Assembly: GCF_000011805.1 (NCBI RefSeq)
Contig: NC_006840.2
Strand: one strand, 5' to 3'
Source: Aliivibrio fischeri ES114
Lineage (GTDB): Bacteria; Pseudomonadota; Gammaproteobacteria; Enterobacterales; Vibrionaceae
DNA length: 32,000 nt
The notes beneath the pieces were generated by a model. It was not told where the DNA came from. It saw only the letters and a program-made list of their open reading frames with translations, and did not search any database. A program made the translations under genes and the position numbers. This document shows, piece by piece, positions 9,978 to 19,201 of the stretch (positions within the stretch are counted from its first letter, which is position 1; each line of letters starts with the position of its first letter).

Positions 9978-11078
9978 ATGACATTGGATCAAATACTGAA
10001 ACAAATGATCACTTTAAAAGCATCGGATATTTACTTAACGGTTGATGCTCCTTGCTTGCTGAGAGTGAATGGTGAACTTCAAGCTTTAGGACATAAACAG
10101 AGTATTGAATCAGTCACCGCTTTGCTTGCTGAGATGATGGATGAAGAGCGCCAAGAAGAGTTTAATGAAAGCTTAGAAGCGAACTTTGCCATTGTGAAAG
10201 AATTTGGTCGCTTTCGTGTGAGTGCTTTTTGGCAGCGAGAGCAACCTGGTGCTGTGATACGTCGTATTGAAACCAAAATCCCATCCATGGAGTCACTAAA
10301 TCTTCCAGAAGTAATGAAAGAATTAGCCGTTACTAAGCGTGGATTAGTATTAGTGGTAGGGGCAACGGGCTCTGGTAAATCAACATCAATGGCTGCGATG
10401 ACGGGGTATCGAAATGACAACCGAAGTGGTCATATCTTAACGGTAGAAGACCCAATTGAGTTTGTGCATCCTCATAATAAATGCATCGTGACTCAGCGTG
10501 AAGTTGGCCTTGATACTGAAAGTTATGAGGTGGCATTAAAAAACTCGTTACGCCAAGCTCCAGATATGATTTTAATTGGTGAGATCCGTAATCGAGAGAC
10601 GATGGAATATGCCATGAGCTTTGCAGAGACAGGGCATCTATGCATGGCAACATTACACGCAAATAACGCAAACCAAGCATTAGAGCGAATTTTGCACCTT
10701 GTTCCTAAAGAGAGTAAAGAGCAGTTTTTGTTTGATTTATCCATGAACTTAAAAGGGGTCATTGCACAGCAGCTAGTTCCGGATATGAATGGTAATGGTC
10801 GTCATGGCGTTTATGAAGTGTTACTAAACACGCCACGCGTTGCAGACTTGATCCGTCGTGGAGATTTGCATGAACTTAAATCGACCATGGCAAAATCACG
10901 TGAGTCGGGTATGCAGACGTTTGATCAGAGTTTATTTGAACTGGTAATGGATAAGAAAATATCAGAAATGGAAGCGCTGCACAGTGCGGATTCGGCTAAT
11001 GATTTACGCCTGATGTTGAAAACAAAAGAGGGGATGCGTTCTCTTCATCTACATTGGATAATGTGTCGATATCGTTAG
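9978..11078 (+). CDS. pilU: type IV pilus ATPase PilU (PilT paralogue); the 3' terminal ~15 codons are suspect
   Basis: 366 aa with Walker A GATGSGKST and GHLCMATLHANNANQALERI, placed immediately after pilT. The last 15 residues (GMRSLHLHWIMCRYR, TAG stop) look out of frame. See the finding on the G-run at 11030-11033. Confidence 0.9.
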   Translation: MTLDQILKQMITLKASDIYLTVDAPCLLRVNGELQALGHKQSIESVTALLAEMMDEERQEEFNESLEANFAIVKEFGRFRVSAFWQREQPGAVIRRIETKIPSMESLNLPEVMKELAVTKRGLVLVVGATGSGKSTSMAAMTGYRNDNRSGHILTVEDPIEFVHPHNKCIVTQREVGLDTESYEVALKNSLRQAPDMILIGEIRNRETMEYAMSFAETGHLCMATLHANNANQALERILHLVPKESKEQFLFDLSMNLKGVIAQQLVPDMNGNGRHGVYEVLLNTPRVADLIRRGDLHELKSTMAKSRESGMQTFDQSLFELVMDKKISEMEALHSADSANDLRLMLKTKEGMRSLHLHWIMCRYR

Positions 11079-11083
11079 ACTAA

Positions 11084-11217
11084 AAGCGATACGCTTTGCT
11101 AACTAGAACGCTACGCTCTAGAAACTATAAGAGCAGTAATACGTAAATGATTACTGCTCTTAATATCTGCTTTTGATCTTATAGGAGCGAAGCGTTCTAG
11201 TCCCTAGTTTCTAGTTC
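11084..11217 (+). repeat. composite palindromic CTAG-rich intergenic element (family copy 1)
   Basis: The 21-nt module cgatacgctttgctaactaga (11087-11107) recurs exactly, inverted, at 26736-26756. A 16-bp inverted repeat with one mismatch, ctagaacgctacgctc (11103-11118) / gagcgaagcgttctag (11185-11200), encloses a 13-bp hairpin. The module gcgaagcgttctagtccctagt (11187-11208) matches 22901-22922 at 21/22. Heptads ctagtcc/ctagttt/ctagttc lie at 11197-11217. Confidence 0.8.
11128..11162. terminator. 13-bp hairpin in the pilU/ruvX convergent spacer (probable bidirectional terminator, weak U-tracts)
   Basis: taagagcagtaat (11128-11140) / attactgctctta (11150-11162) with a 9-nt loop. It is the only strong local hairpin between two converging genes. 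Confidence 0.55.
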
Positions 11218-11643
11218 TTAGCCCCACTGATTCTCAAACCAACTTTCTAAAATAACTACAGCAGACTGACAGTCAATATTGCCTTTTGATAGGGCTTTAT
11301 ACCCACCAAATTCGAATAAATCAGCACGAGCCTCAGCCGTTGATAAGCGTTCGTCATGCAATTCAACTTGTTTACCAAAACGACCATGTAGGCGATTAGC
11401 AAATTTCTTTGCTCGTGGCGTAATAGTGTCGAGCTCTTTACCGTGAAGATCGGTTGGCAAACCAACAACGATTAAATCAGGATTCCACTCTTTAATTTGT
11501 TTTTCAATATCATCCCAATTAGGGGTGCCATCTTGAGCTTTAAATGCTTTTAGTGGACTTGCTGTTCCTGTGATTTCTTGTCCAATCGCAGAACCAATAC
11601 TCTTGGTTCCGAAATCAAAGGCCATAATGGTGCGTGAACTCAT
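11218..11643 (-). CDS. ruvX: Holliday-junction-resolvase-like pre-16S rRNA nuclease RuvX (YqgF)
   Basis: 141 aa with [15 protein letters not shown] and the RNase H-like fold pattern. Its start overlaps the yqgE stop (ATGA) as in E. coli. Confidence 0.93.
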   Translation of the reverse strand: MSSRTIMAFDFGTKSIGSAIGQEITGTASPLKAFKAQDGTPNWDDIEKQIKEWNPDLIVVGLPTDLHGKELDTITPRAKKFANRLHGRFGKQVELHDERLSTAEARADLFEFGGYKALSKGNIDCQSAVVILESWFENQWG

Positions 11644-12203
11644 GCGTGTCCAATCTCACTTGATAAATTTGCAGGGTTAATCCCCAGTAGTTGTAATGCT
11701 TTACGCCAACGATCAGGAATAGGAGTATCGAAAATAACGCTTGGATCTGCTTCTAAAGTCAGCCATGTATTCTCCGATAATTCTTTTTCAAGCTGTCCAC
11801 CTTCCCATCCAGAATATCCTAGTGCAACAAGATATTTATATGGCTGGTATTCTGTACCTAATGTAGCAAGAATATCTTTTGAGGTTGTTACTGATAACTC
11901 ATCAGTCACTTGAATGCTTGATAAATAGTTATCTTTATTTGAATGAAGAACAAAACCACGATCATCCGACACCGGCCCACCATTTAATACTGGTTGGCTT
12001 AATGTTTGAGGGAAAATGATAGGTGATGGGTTATCTAGCTCTATTTGGTCTAGCATTCCTTTTAATGAAATCTGTACAGGCTCATTGATACGTAAGCCCA
12101 TGGTTCCATCTGAATCATGTTCACAAATATAAATAACGCTTCGTTGAAAGAACGGATCTTTCATACTAGGCATAGCAACTAAAAAATGATTTTTTAAATT
12201 CAC
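11640..12203 (-). CDS. yqgE: YqgE/AlgH family protein
   Basis: The 187 aa [29 protein letters not shown] are colinear with E. coli YqgE. It has a GTG start with a strong GGGAGG Shine-Dalgarno. Confidence 0.92.
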   Translation of the reverse strand: MNLKNHFLVAMPSMKDPFFQRSVIYICEHDSDGTMGLRINEPVQISLKGMLDQIELDNPSPIIFPQTLSQPVLNGGPVSDDRGFVLHSNKDNYLSSIQVTDELSVTTSKDILATLGTEYQPYKYLVALGYSGWEGGQLEKELSENTWLTLEADPSVIFDTPIPDRWRKALQLLGINPANLSSEIGHA

Positions 12204-12315
12204 AGAGCCTCCCGGAAAGCGAGATTAATACCAATGTAAATACCGCTAAAGATAACGCATAAACCAATTGGTATTAATATTGAGGAGTTGCCCCCTCAAT
12301 ACAGTTAGAATGTGA

Positions 12316-13263
12316 TTAAGCGTTAATTCGGCGCTCAATTGCATCCATTAATTTGCCTGTAATCGAAATATCAAAAGCAGCTTCAATTTCCTTAATACAG
12401 GTTGGGCTTGTTACATTAATCTCAGTTAGCTTGTCGCCAATCACGTCGAGTCCTACAAAGATTAGACCCTTTTCTTTCAATGTTGGAGCTACTGCATTAG
12501 CAATTGCCCAATCTGTCTCACTTAATGGACGTGCTTCACCTGTACCACCTGCTGCTAAGTTGCCGCGAGTTTCACCTTTTGCTGGAATTCGAGCTAAACA
12601 GTAAGGCATTGGCTCACCATCAACCACAAGAATACGCTTATCACCGTTACTAATATCAGGGACAAAGGTTTGTGCCATGCAGTAGTTTTGTCCGTGATTG
12701 GTTAGTGTTTCGATGATCACTGATACATTTGGATCGCCTGCTTTTACTCGGAAAATAGAAGCGCCCCCCATACCATCTAGTGGTTTAAGAATTACATCTC
12801 CATGCTCTTCACGGAAAGCTTTAATTTTTTCAGCCTTACGAGTCACTAATGTTGTTGGCGTTAGCTCTGGAAACCAAGCCGTGAATAGTTTCTCGTTACA
12901 ATCACGTAGACTCTGAGGTTTATTAACAATCAGTGCACCTTGGATTTCAGCTCTTTCTAGAATATATGTCGCATAGATGTATTCTGTATCGAAAGGTGGA
13001 TCTTTACGCATTAATACCGCATCAAGATCAGCAAGGTCGATGGTTTGCTCTGATTGGAATTCATACCAACCTGTTGGATCATCTTTTAGCGTAACGATTT
13101 TGGTATCAGCGACCGCTTTGCCTTGAGCTAAATGTAGGTCACTCATTTCCATGTAATGAATTTCCCAACCACGTTTTTGAGCTTCAAGCATCATGGCAAA
13201 GCTAGAGTCTTTTTTAATGTTAATGGATGAAATTGGATCCATTACGATACCGAGTTTGATCAT
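12316..13263 (-). CDS. gshB: glutathione synthetase
   Basis: MIKLGIVMDPISSINIKKDSSFAMMLEAQ is nearly identical in pattern to the E. coli GshB N-terminus, with an ATP-grasp body. The start at 13263 has a GGAG Shine-Dalgarno. The 37-codon track extension to 13374 overlaps rsmE and is rejected. Confidence 0.94.
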   Translation of the reverse strand: MIKLGIVMDPISSINIKKDSSFAMMLEAQKRGWEIHYMEMSDLHLAQGKAVADTKIVTLKDDPTGWYEFQSEQTIDLADLDAVLMRKDPPFDTEYIYATYILERAEIQGALIVNKPQSLRDCNEKLFTAWFPELTPTTLVTRKAEKIKAFREEHGDVILKPLDGMGGASIFRVKAGDPNVSVIIETLTNHGQNYCMAQTFVPDISNGDKRILVVDGEPMPYCLARIPAKGETRGNLAAGGTGEARPLSETDWAIANAVAPTLKEKGLIFVGLDVIGDKLTEINVTSPTCIKEIEAAFDISITGKLMDAIERRINA

Positions 13264-13276
13264 TGTGTTTCTCCAG

Positions 13277-14008
13277 TTAGCCAAGATCGCCAAAACGAAC
13301 TTGTAGGGCTGTAATTGCGGTAAGCGCTGCGGTTTCTGTTCGTAGAACTCGAGGGCCAAGCAGCGTTTCTTCAAATTGATATTGTTCTGTCATGCTAATT
13401 TCATCAGACGATAAACCGCCTTCAGGACCAATTAACAAGCGTACATTTGTTACCGGTTCAGGAAGTGTATTGATTGAGTATTTTGCTCGTGGATGAAGGT
13501 TGAGCTTTAACCCATCGTACTCTTCTGCGCACCATTCTTCTAATGACATAATAGGACGAATTTCAGGAACAGTATTACGTCCACATTGCTCACATGCAGC
13601 AATTGCAATTTTTTGCCATTGATCTAATTTCTTTTCAAATCGCTCTTTATTTAATTTAACGCCACAGCGCTCAGAGATCAGTGGTGTAATGATATTCACA
13701 CCCAATTCGACCGATTTTTGAATGGTAAATTCCATTTTATCGCCACGAGAAACAACCTGACCTAAATGTAAGTTAAGTGGCGATTCGCTGCTACGCTCAA
13801 TACGCTCAGTGATTTCCACTTCAACACTCTTTTTTGACGCTGAAGTGATCACGGCTGGAAATTCAGATCCGCTTCCATCAAACAGAAGCACAGATTCACC
13901 TTCTTTCATTCGCATTACACGACCAACGTGATTTGCTGCATCATCACTTAAATTTACTTTTCCTTGTGAAGGAAGAAGCTCTGGGTGGTGGATTCTTGGT
14001 ATTCTCAT
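13277..14008 (-). CDS. rsmE: 16S rRNA (uracil1498-N3)-methyltransferase RsmE
   Basis: 243 aa with [10 protein letters not shown] at the N-terminus, a PUA-like domain and a SPOUT domain ([24 protein letters not shown]). Confidence 0.93.
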   Translation of the reverse strand: MRIPRIHHPELLPSQGKVNLSDDAANHVGRVMRMKEGESVLLFDGSGSEFPAVITSASKKSVEVEITERIERSSESPLNLHLGQVVSRGDKMEFTIQKSVELGVNIITPLISERCGVKLNKERFEKKLDQWQKIAIAACEQCGRNTVPEIRPIMSLEEWCAEEYDGLKLNLHPRAKYSINTLPEPVTNVRLLIGPEGGLSSDEISMTEQYQFEETLLGPRVLRTETAALTAITALQVRFGDLG

Positions 14009-14081
14009 GGTCTACTTTTCTTTAACTATCTTGTATTTAAGGATGGAGGTTAAAGTATGCTTTTTCAACCTCTAATTATGT

Positions 14082-14786
14082 CTATTTGCGACATGCTTTG
14101 TAGACAAACTGGTTATGGTTGCCTTGAATTTTAGCAATGCGCTTATCGCGTTCACACTCCCATTCAGATACTGGGTATTGCTTGTCCCATGCATTCATTA
14201 GCTGACGTTGTGACTTCGATAAATTGAAACGATACTCTTGATTCATGTATAAATATGTACGAGCAATAGCACCTCTTGATTGTGCTGGTGGCTCAGCGAC
14301 ACGTCCTTTGAAATCCACTTTGAAGGCACACTGACCGTAATATGCGCCTTTATTGCCATTCCATTGTGAGAAACGGAAATTAGATCGGTCACCATTTACT
14401 TCGCCAATTGCTGGAACAAGGTTATGTAAATCAGCTTCCATTAACTTAAATTGCTTATCTTTTCGGGTGCAGTTTTTACGGCCCCCATCTTGCCAACATT
14501 GACGTTGGTGGCCAAATTGCCATGCTGGAACGACGTGCTCCCATTCGATTCGGCTTGCTCGCTTTTCTTGTTTACGCACGTTATAACCACAACTTTGTAA
14601 ATCAGGAATGCCTTTCTTTTTATCTTTCCAAGTTATGTCACAGCCACAATAAAATGAGGTTGGATGATCTAAATAGATTTTGACAGCTTCTTTTTTGGCT
14701 TTTGAAAATGAAGAAGGAGGAGCGGCTAATACATTAAATGCAGAGCCAATAGCGATAATGCTAATAAGTAAGCGGATTAATTTCAT
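14082..14786 (-). CDS. endA: periplasmic/extracellular endonuclease I (EndA/Dns family)
   Basis: 234 aa with a signal peptide, [31 protein letters not shown] and a conserved cysteine pattern of endonuclease I (Vvn/Dns/EndA). Confidence 0.93.
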   Translation of the reverse strand: MKLIRLLISIIAIGSAFNVLAAPPSSFSKAKKEAVKIYLDHPTSFYCGCDITWKDKKKGIPDLQSCGYNVRKQEKRASRIEWEHVVPAWQFGHQRQCWQDGGRKNCTRKDKQFKLMEADLHNLVPAIGEVNGDRSNFRFSQWNGNKGAYYGQCAFKVDFKGRVAEPPAQSRGAIARTYLYMNQEYRFNLSKSQRQLMNAWDKQYPVSEWECERDKRIAKIQGNHNQFVYKACRK

Positions 14787-14877
14787 AATAACTACTACTG
14801 ATGATTGTATTAATTCAGTAAGAGTAGCTTATTGTTAAACCGCTTTATAGATAAATTAATTATTAGAAGTCGTTAAT

Positions 14878-15378
14878 TTAACTACAGTTGATTTTGGCTC
14901 GAGACAGTTTTAATGGCGATTGACAGTTTTTACATACATATTGAGTCTGTTTTTTTTGCACTCGATTATGGCGACGTACCGTTAATTCGTGTGTCGAGCA
15001 TTTGCAACGATAAGGAAAGGTTTTTCCTTTAACTGAATCGACACTGAAACTGTGTGTTGTACGAGCGGGGAGGTTGAATACCTGATTCATTACTCCTTGC
15101 CATTCTTTTCCATGAGGGCGCACACGGCCATACAATTTGAATGTGATCAGGTGAGCGATTTCATGAGGGATCACTTCATTAATAAACGTGTGTTGATTTT
15201 CTTCTAATAAAATAGGGTTAATGCGTATTTCCCAACCTTGAAGACGTGCAGTCCCTGCGATTTTGCCACGCTGAGTAAATTTGATTTCTGGCAGAGAAAA
15301 AGGACGATTAAAAAAGGTAGAAGCTTGTTGAATACATTGTTGTGCTTTTGCTATTGATGCTTGTTGAAGTGGGGTCAT
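14878..15378 (-). CDS. sprT: SprT family zinc-metalloprotease-like protein
   Basis: 166 aa with an HEIAHL zinc motif and a C-terminal CxC...CxxC zinc ribbon. It lies between endA and metK as in E. coli. Confidence 0.9.
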   Translation of the reverse strand: MTPLQQASIAKAQQCIQQASTFFNRPFSLPEIKFTQRGKIAGTARLQGWEIRINPILLEENQHTFINEVIPHEIAHLITFKLYGRVRPHGKEWQGVMNQVFNLPARTTHSFSVDSVKGKTFPYRCKCSTHELTVRRHNRVQKKQTQYVCKNCQSPLKLSRAKINCS

Positions 15379-15491
15379 TACGTCTCTTTATTATCGGTTT
15401 TCAAACTTCCGGAAAAGGAAGAACGATTAAATAGACCATTTCAAAGAGGATTAATCAATAGATAGGAAGATATTATTCATGCTGTAAACAT

Positions 15492-15518
15492 AAAAAAGGA
15501 AGCCGAAGCTTCCTTTTT
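15492..15518 (-). terminator. rho-independent (symmetrical, bidirectional-type) terminator after metK
   Basis: aaaaaggaagc / gcttccttttt forms a perfect stem with a cgaa loop, flanked by A- and T-runs. Confidence 0.85.
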
Positions 15519-15543
15519 AAATTCAGAAATAAGCAAATAAAAC

Positions 15544-16698
15544 TTATTTAATACCAGCAAAATCACGAAGGATTGCGGCTTTATCTGTCGCTTCCCAAGG
15601 GAACTCTTCACGACCGAAGTGACCGTAAGCTGCTGTCTTCTTGTAGATAGGCTGAAGAAGGTTAAGCATTTCTTGTAGGCCGTATGGGCGTAGGTCGAAG
15701 TTTTGACGAACGGCTTCAATGATGATGTCGTGAGATACCTTCTCAGTACCGAATGTTTCAACCATGATAGATGTTGGATCAGCAACACCGATTGCGTATG
15801 AAAGTTGGATTTCACAACGGTCAGCCATGCCAGCTGCTACGATGTTTTTCGCTACGTAACGTGCTGCGTATGCTGCTGAACGGTCAACTTTTGATGGATC
15901 TTTACCAGAGAATGCACCGCCACCGTGACGAGCTGCACCGCCGTATGTATCAACGATAATTTTACGACCAGTAAGACCACAGTCACCCATTGGGCCACCG
16001 ATAACAAAACGACCTGTTGGGTTAATAAAGAAGTTAGTGTCTTTATTTAACCATTCAGCAGGTAGTACTGGCTTGATGATTTCTTCCATTACTGCTTCAC
16101 GAAGATCTGGTGTTGTCACAGAATCACAGTGTTGTGTTGAAAGAACAACTGCATCAATACCAACAATTTTACCTTGGTCGTATTGGAATGTAACTTGAGA
16201 TTTTGCATCTGGACGTAGGAAGTCTAGCTTGCCACTTTTACGTACTTCAGCTTGTTTTTGAACAAGTAGATGAGAGTAGGTAATTGGAGCTGGCATTAAA
16301 ATTGGCGTTTCGTTAGTAGCGTAACCAAACATGATACCTTGGTCACCAGCACCTTGCTCTTTAGGGTCAGCTTTATCAACACCTTGGTTGATGTCTGGAG
16401 ATTGCTTACCAATTGTGTTTAATACGGCACAAGAGTTTGCATCAAAGCCCATGTCTGAATGAACGTAACCGATCTCACGAACGGTTTCACGAGTGATTTC
16501 TTCGATATCAACCCATGCAGAAGTGGTTACTTCACCACCAACCATCACCATGCCAGTTTTTACGTATGTTTCACACGCAACACGCGCTTTTGGATCTTGT
16601 TCTAAGATCGCATCAAGTACTGCATCTGAAATCTGATCTGCAATTTTATCTGGATGACCTTCTGATACTGACTCAGAGGTAAATAGGTGCTTAGCCAT
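15544..16698 (-). CDS. metK: S-adenosylmethionine synthetase
   Basis: The 384 aa begin [32 protein letters not shown] and carry [12 protein letters not shown] and [16 protein letters not shown] signatures. Confidence 0.97.
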   Translation of the reverse strand: MAKHLFTSESVSEGHPDKIADQISDAVLDAILEQDPKARVACETYVKTGMVMVGGEVTTSAWVDIEEITRETVREIGYVHSDMGFDANSCAVLNTIGKQSPDINQGVDKADPKEQGAGDQGIMFGYATNETPILMPAPITYSHLLVQKQAEVRKSGKLDFLRPDAKSQVTFQYDQGKIVGIDAVVLSTQHCDSVTTPDLREAVMEEIIKPVLPAEWLNKDTNFFINPTGRFVIGGPMGDCGLTGRKIIVDTYGGAARHGGGAFSGKDPSKVDRSAAYAARYVAKNIVAAGMADRCEIQLSYAIGVADPTSIMVETFGTEKVSHDIIIEAVRQNFDLRPYGLQEMLNLLQPIYKKTAAYGHFGREEFPWEATDKAAILRDFAGIK

Positions 16699-16782
16699 AA
16701 GGGAGCTCCACTTCTATAAATAATAAGTTCTAAAAATACCCACAATCTATATAAGTCTATACGTTTAACAGTGTAGGTGTTT

Positions 16783-16798
16783 TTCCATCTAGACGTCT
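16783..16798. promoter_or_regulatory. candidate MetJ operator (met boxes) in the metK promoter region
   Basis: A perfect palindromic met box AGACGTCT lies at 16791-16798, abutting a degenerate box (ttccatct, 4/8). On the metK strand it sits directly downstream of a TATTAT -10-like hexamer. A second degenerate pair, aaacgtat|agacttat (6/8 each on the metK strand), lies at 16751-16766. Confidence 0.5.
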
Positions 16799-16859
16799 AT
16801 AATAAAGTAAAATTGACTAATTACAACTCATTTAGTTTAAGAAAATAAATATAAGACAT

Positions 16860-16961
16860 AACCAATCGTTTGCGTTTTGCTGTGAGATTTATCGGTATAA
16901 ATCAGGTTTTCTGTCAAAATCGTGAAAAAAAGCGTCTTATTTACTAAGTAATCGTTTGCAG
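16860..16961. promoter_or_regulatory. two LacI-family (pur-box-like) half-palindromic sites in the metK/tkt divergent region
   Basis: The reverse complement of 16860-16875 is acgcaaacgattggtt, 13/16 to the idealised pur box ACGCAAACGTTTGCGT. The reverse complement of 16946-16961 is ctgcaaacgattactt, 11/16. They share the exact 10-mer aatcgtttgc and their centres are 86 bp apart. Confidence 0.3.
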
Positions 16962-17062
16962 TGCCGATGAGGCTTTGCGACAATACGCACCTGCAAATTT
17001 AGGTTAATCAATAGTGGTTAACTTGCTCAACAATATAGTCCTTCGAATTTTCAGGAGCAGGC

Positions 17063-19057
17063 ATGTCTTCACGTAAACATCTAGCAAATGCAATCCGCGC
17101 TTTAAGCATGGATGGTGTTCAACAAGCAAATTCTGGTCACCCAGGCGCACCTATGGGTATGGCAGATATCGCTGAAGTATTATGGCGTAGCCACCTAAAT
17201 CACAACCCACAAAATCCAGAGTGGGCTGACCGCGACCGTTTCATTCTTTCAAACGGCCATGGCTCTATGCTGATTTATTCTCTGCTTCATCTTTCAGGTT
17301 ATGACCTGTCTATCGAAGACTTAAAGAATTTCCGTCAACTGCATTCTAAAACTCCAGGTCACCCTGAGTACGGTTATGCACCAGGCGTAGAAACAACTAC
17401 GGGTCCATTAGGTCAAGGCATCACTAACGGTGTTGGTATGGCGATGGCTGAAAAAGCATTAGCGGCACAATTTAACCGTGAAGGCCACGATATCGTTGAT
17501 CACAACACATACGTGTTCATGGGTGACGGTTGTCTAATGGAAGGTATCTCTCACGAAGCGTGTTCACTTGCTGGTACATTAGGTCTAGGCAAATTAATCG
17601 CATTTTGGGATGACAACGGTATCTCTATCGATGGTGAAGTTGAAGGTTGGTTCTCTGATGACACGCCTAAACGCTTTGAAGCTTACGGCTGGCACGTAAT
17701 TCCTGCTGTTGATGGTCACGATTCAGACGCTATCAATGCAGCAATTGAAGCGGCTAAAGCTGACCCTCGTCCTTCTTTAATTTGTACTAAAACAGTAATT
17801 GGTTTTGGCTCTCCAAATAAACAAGGTACACACGACTGTCACGGCGCTCCATTAGGTGCTGAAGAAATTGCAGCAACTAAAGCTCAATTAGGTTGGGAAT
17901 ACGGTGCATTTGATATCCCTGCTGACGTATATGCAGGCTGGGATGCAAAAGAAGTTGGTGCTGAAAAAGAAGCAGCTTGGAATGCGAAATTTGACGCATA
18001 CGCAGCAGCACACCCTGAATTAGCAGCTGAATATAAACGCCGCGTAAATGGTGATTTACCTGCGGAGTGGGAAGAAAAAGCAAATACAATCATTGCTGAT
18101 CTTCAAGCAAATCCTGCAAATATCGCTTCTCGTAAAGCATCTCAAAACGCATTAGAAGCGTTTGGTGCTATGCTACCTGAATTCATGGGCGGCTCTGCTG
18201 ACCTTGCACCATCTAACTTAACGATGTGGTCGGGTTCTAAATCTTTAGAAGCAAATGACTTCTCTGGTAACTACATTCACTACGGTGTGCGTGAATTTGG
18301 TATGACAGCAATCATGAATGGTATTGCTTTGCACGGTGGTTTCGTACCATACGGCGCAACGTTCCTAATGTTCATGGAATACGCTCGTAACGCAATGCGT
18401 ATGGCTGCACTAATGAAAGTGCAAAACATTCAAGTTTACACGCATGACTCTATCGGTCTTGGCGAAGATGGTCCAACTCACCAACCAGTTGAGCAAATCG
18501 CTTCTCTACGTCTAACTCCTAACATGAGCACATGGCGTCCATGTGATCAAGTTGAGTCTGCTGTAGCATGGAAATTGGCTATCGAGCGTAAAGATGGTCC
18601 TTCTTCTTTAATCTTCTCTCGTCAAAACCTTGCACAGCAAGAGCGTACACAAGAGCAAGTTGCAGATATCGCTAAAGGTGCATACATCCTTAAGGATTGT
18701 GAGGGCCAACCTGAGTTGATCCTTATTGCAACGGGTTCAGAAGTTGAGCTAGCAGTTGAAGCTGCAGCGCAATTGACAGCAGAAGGTAAAGCGGTACGTG
18801 TTGTTTCAATGCCATCAACCGATGCATTTGATAAGCAAGACGAAGGATACCGTGAAGCAGTATTTCCATCAGCGGTAACTAAACGTATCGCAATTGAAGC
18901 GGGTATTGCTGATTTCTGGTACAAGTATGTTGGTTTTGGTGGCAAGATCATCGGCATGACAACATTTGGTGAGTCAGCGCCTGCTGATGAGCTATTCAAA
19001 ATGTTTGGTTTCACTACTGAAAATGTAGTAAACACGGCGAAAGAACTTTTAGCTTAA
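17063..19057 (+). CDS. tkt: transketolase
   Basis: 664 aa with [35 protein letters not shown], the ThDP motif [13 protein letters not shown] and the transketolase C-terminal domain. Confidence 0.97.
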   Translation: MSSRKHLANAIRALSMDGVQQANSGHPGAPMGMADIAEVLWRSHLNHNPQNPEWADRDRFILSNGHGSMLIYSLLHLSGYDLSIEDLKNFRQLHSKTPGHPEYGYAPGVETTTGPLGQGITNGVGMAMAEKALAAQFNREGHDIVDHNTYVFMGDGCLMEGISHEACSLAGTLGLGKLIAFWDDNGISIDGEVEGWFSDDTPKRFEAYGWHVIPAVDGHDSDAINAAIEAAKADPRPSLICTKTVIGFGSPNKQGTHDCHGAPLGAEEIAATKAQLGWEYGAFDIPADVYAGWDAKEVGAEKEAAWNAKFDAYAAAHPELAAEYKRRVNGDLPAEWEEKANTIIADLQANPANIASRKASQNALEAFGAMLPEFMGGSADLAPSNLTMWSGSKSLEANDFSGNYIHYGVREFGMTAIMNGIALHGGFVPYGATFLMFMEYARNAMRMAALMKVQNIQVYTHDSIGLGEDGPTHQPVEQIASLRLTPNMSTWRPCDQVESAVAWKLAIERKDGPSSLIFSRQNLAQQERTQEQVADIAKGAYILKDCEGQPELILIATGSEVELAVEAAAQLTAEGKAVRVVSMPSTDAFDKQDEGYREAVFPSAVTKRIAIEAGIADFWYKYVGFGGKIIGMTTFGESAPADELFKMFGFTTENVVNTAKELLA

Positions 19058-19104
19058 TTAAAAAACATTAGCTTAATTTAGCGATAAGTAAAAATAAGAT
19101 GAAG

Positions 19105-19137
19105 AGCGAAGTTATTGAAAGGTAACTTCGCTTTTTT
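19105..19137 (+). terminator. rho-independent terminator after tkt
   Basis: A 10-bp stem agcgaagtta / taacttcgct with an 8-nt loop and a T6 run. Confidence 0.85.
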
Positions 19138-19201
19138 GATCCTTTAAGAAAAAAGCGAAAAGAGTACAATAACCGCAAATGGAAAAAGAGAGTTATGTAT
19201 T

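Noticed and set aside
10079-10762. Three antisense ORFs within pilU (10079-10420, 10333-10680, 10523-10762). Further antisense ORFs lie in ruvX and gshB (11256-11468, 12353-12604, 12698-12916).
   Set aside because: These are shadow ORFs on the opposite strand of well-conserved genes, with no independent coding evidence.
13264-13374. 37-codon upstream extension of gshB overlapping the rsmE 3' end. Similar short over-extensions occur for proC (8121-8141), pgk (20373-20387), yggU (6692-6724) and recJ (29239-29247).
   Set aside because: Orthologue-like N-termini ([36 protein letters not shown].., MIEVKRR) coincide with internal starts that have better Shine-Dalgarno sequences. The extensions are simply open upstream frames.
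16811-16826. HexR-like (ATTACA half-site in aattgactaattaca) and CRP-like (TGTGA at 16882-16886 and 21631-21635) half-sites in the tkt and fbaA upstream regions.
   Set aside because: Only one half-site matches in each case, and the partner half-sites and spacings do not fit the consensus palindromes.
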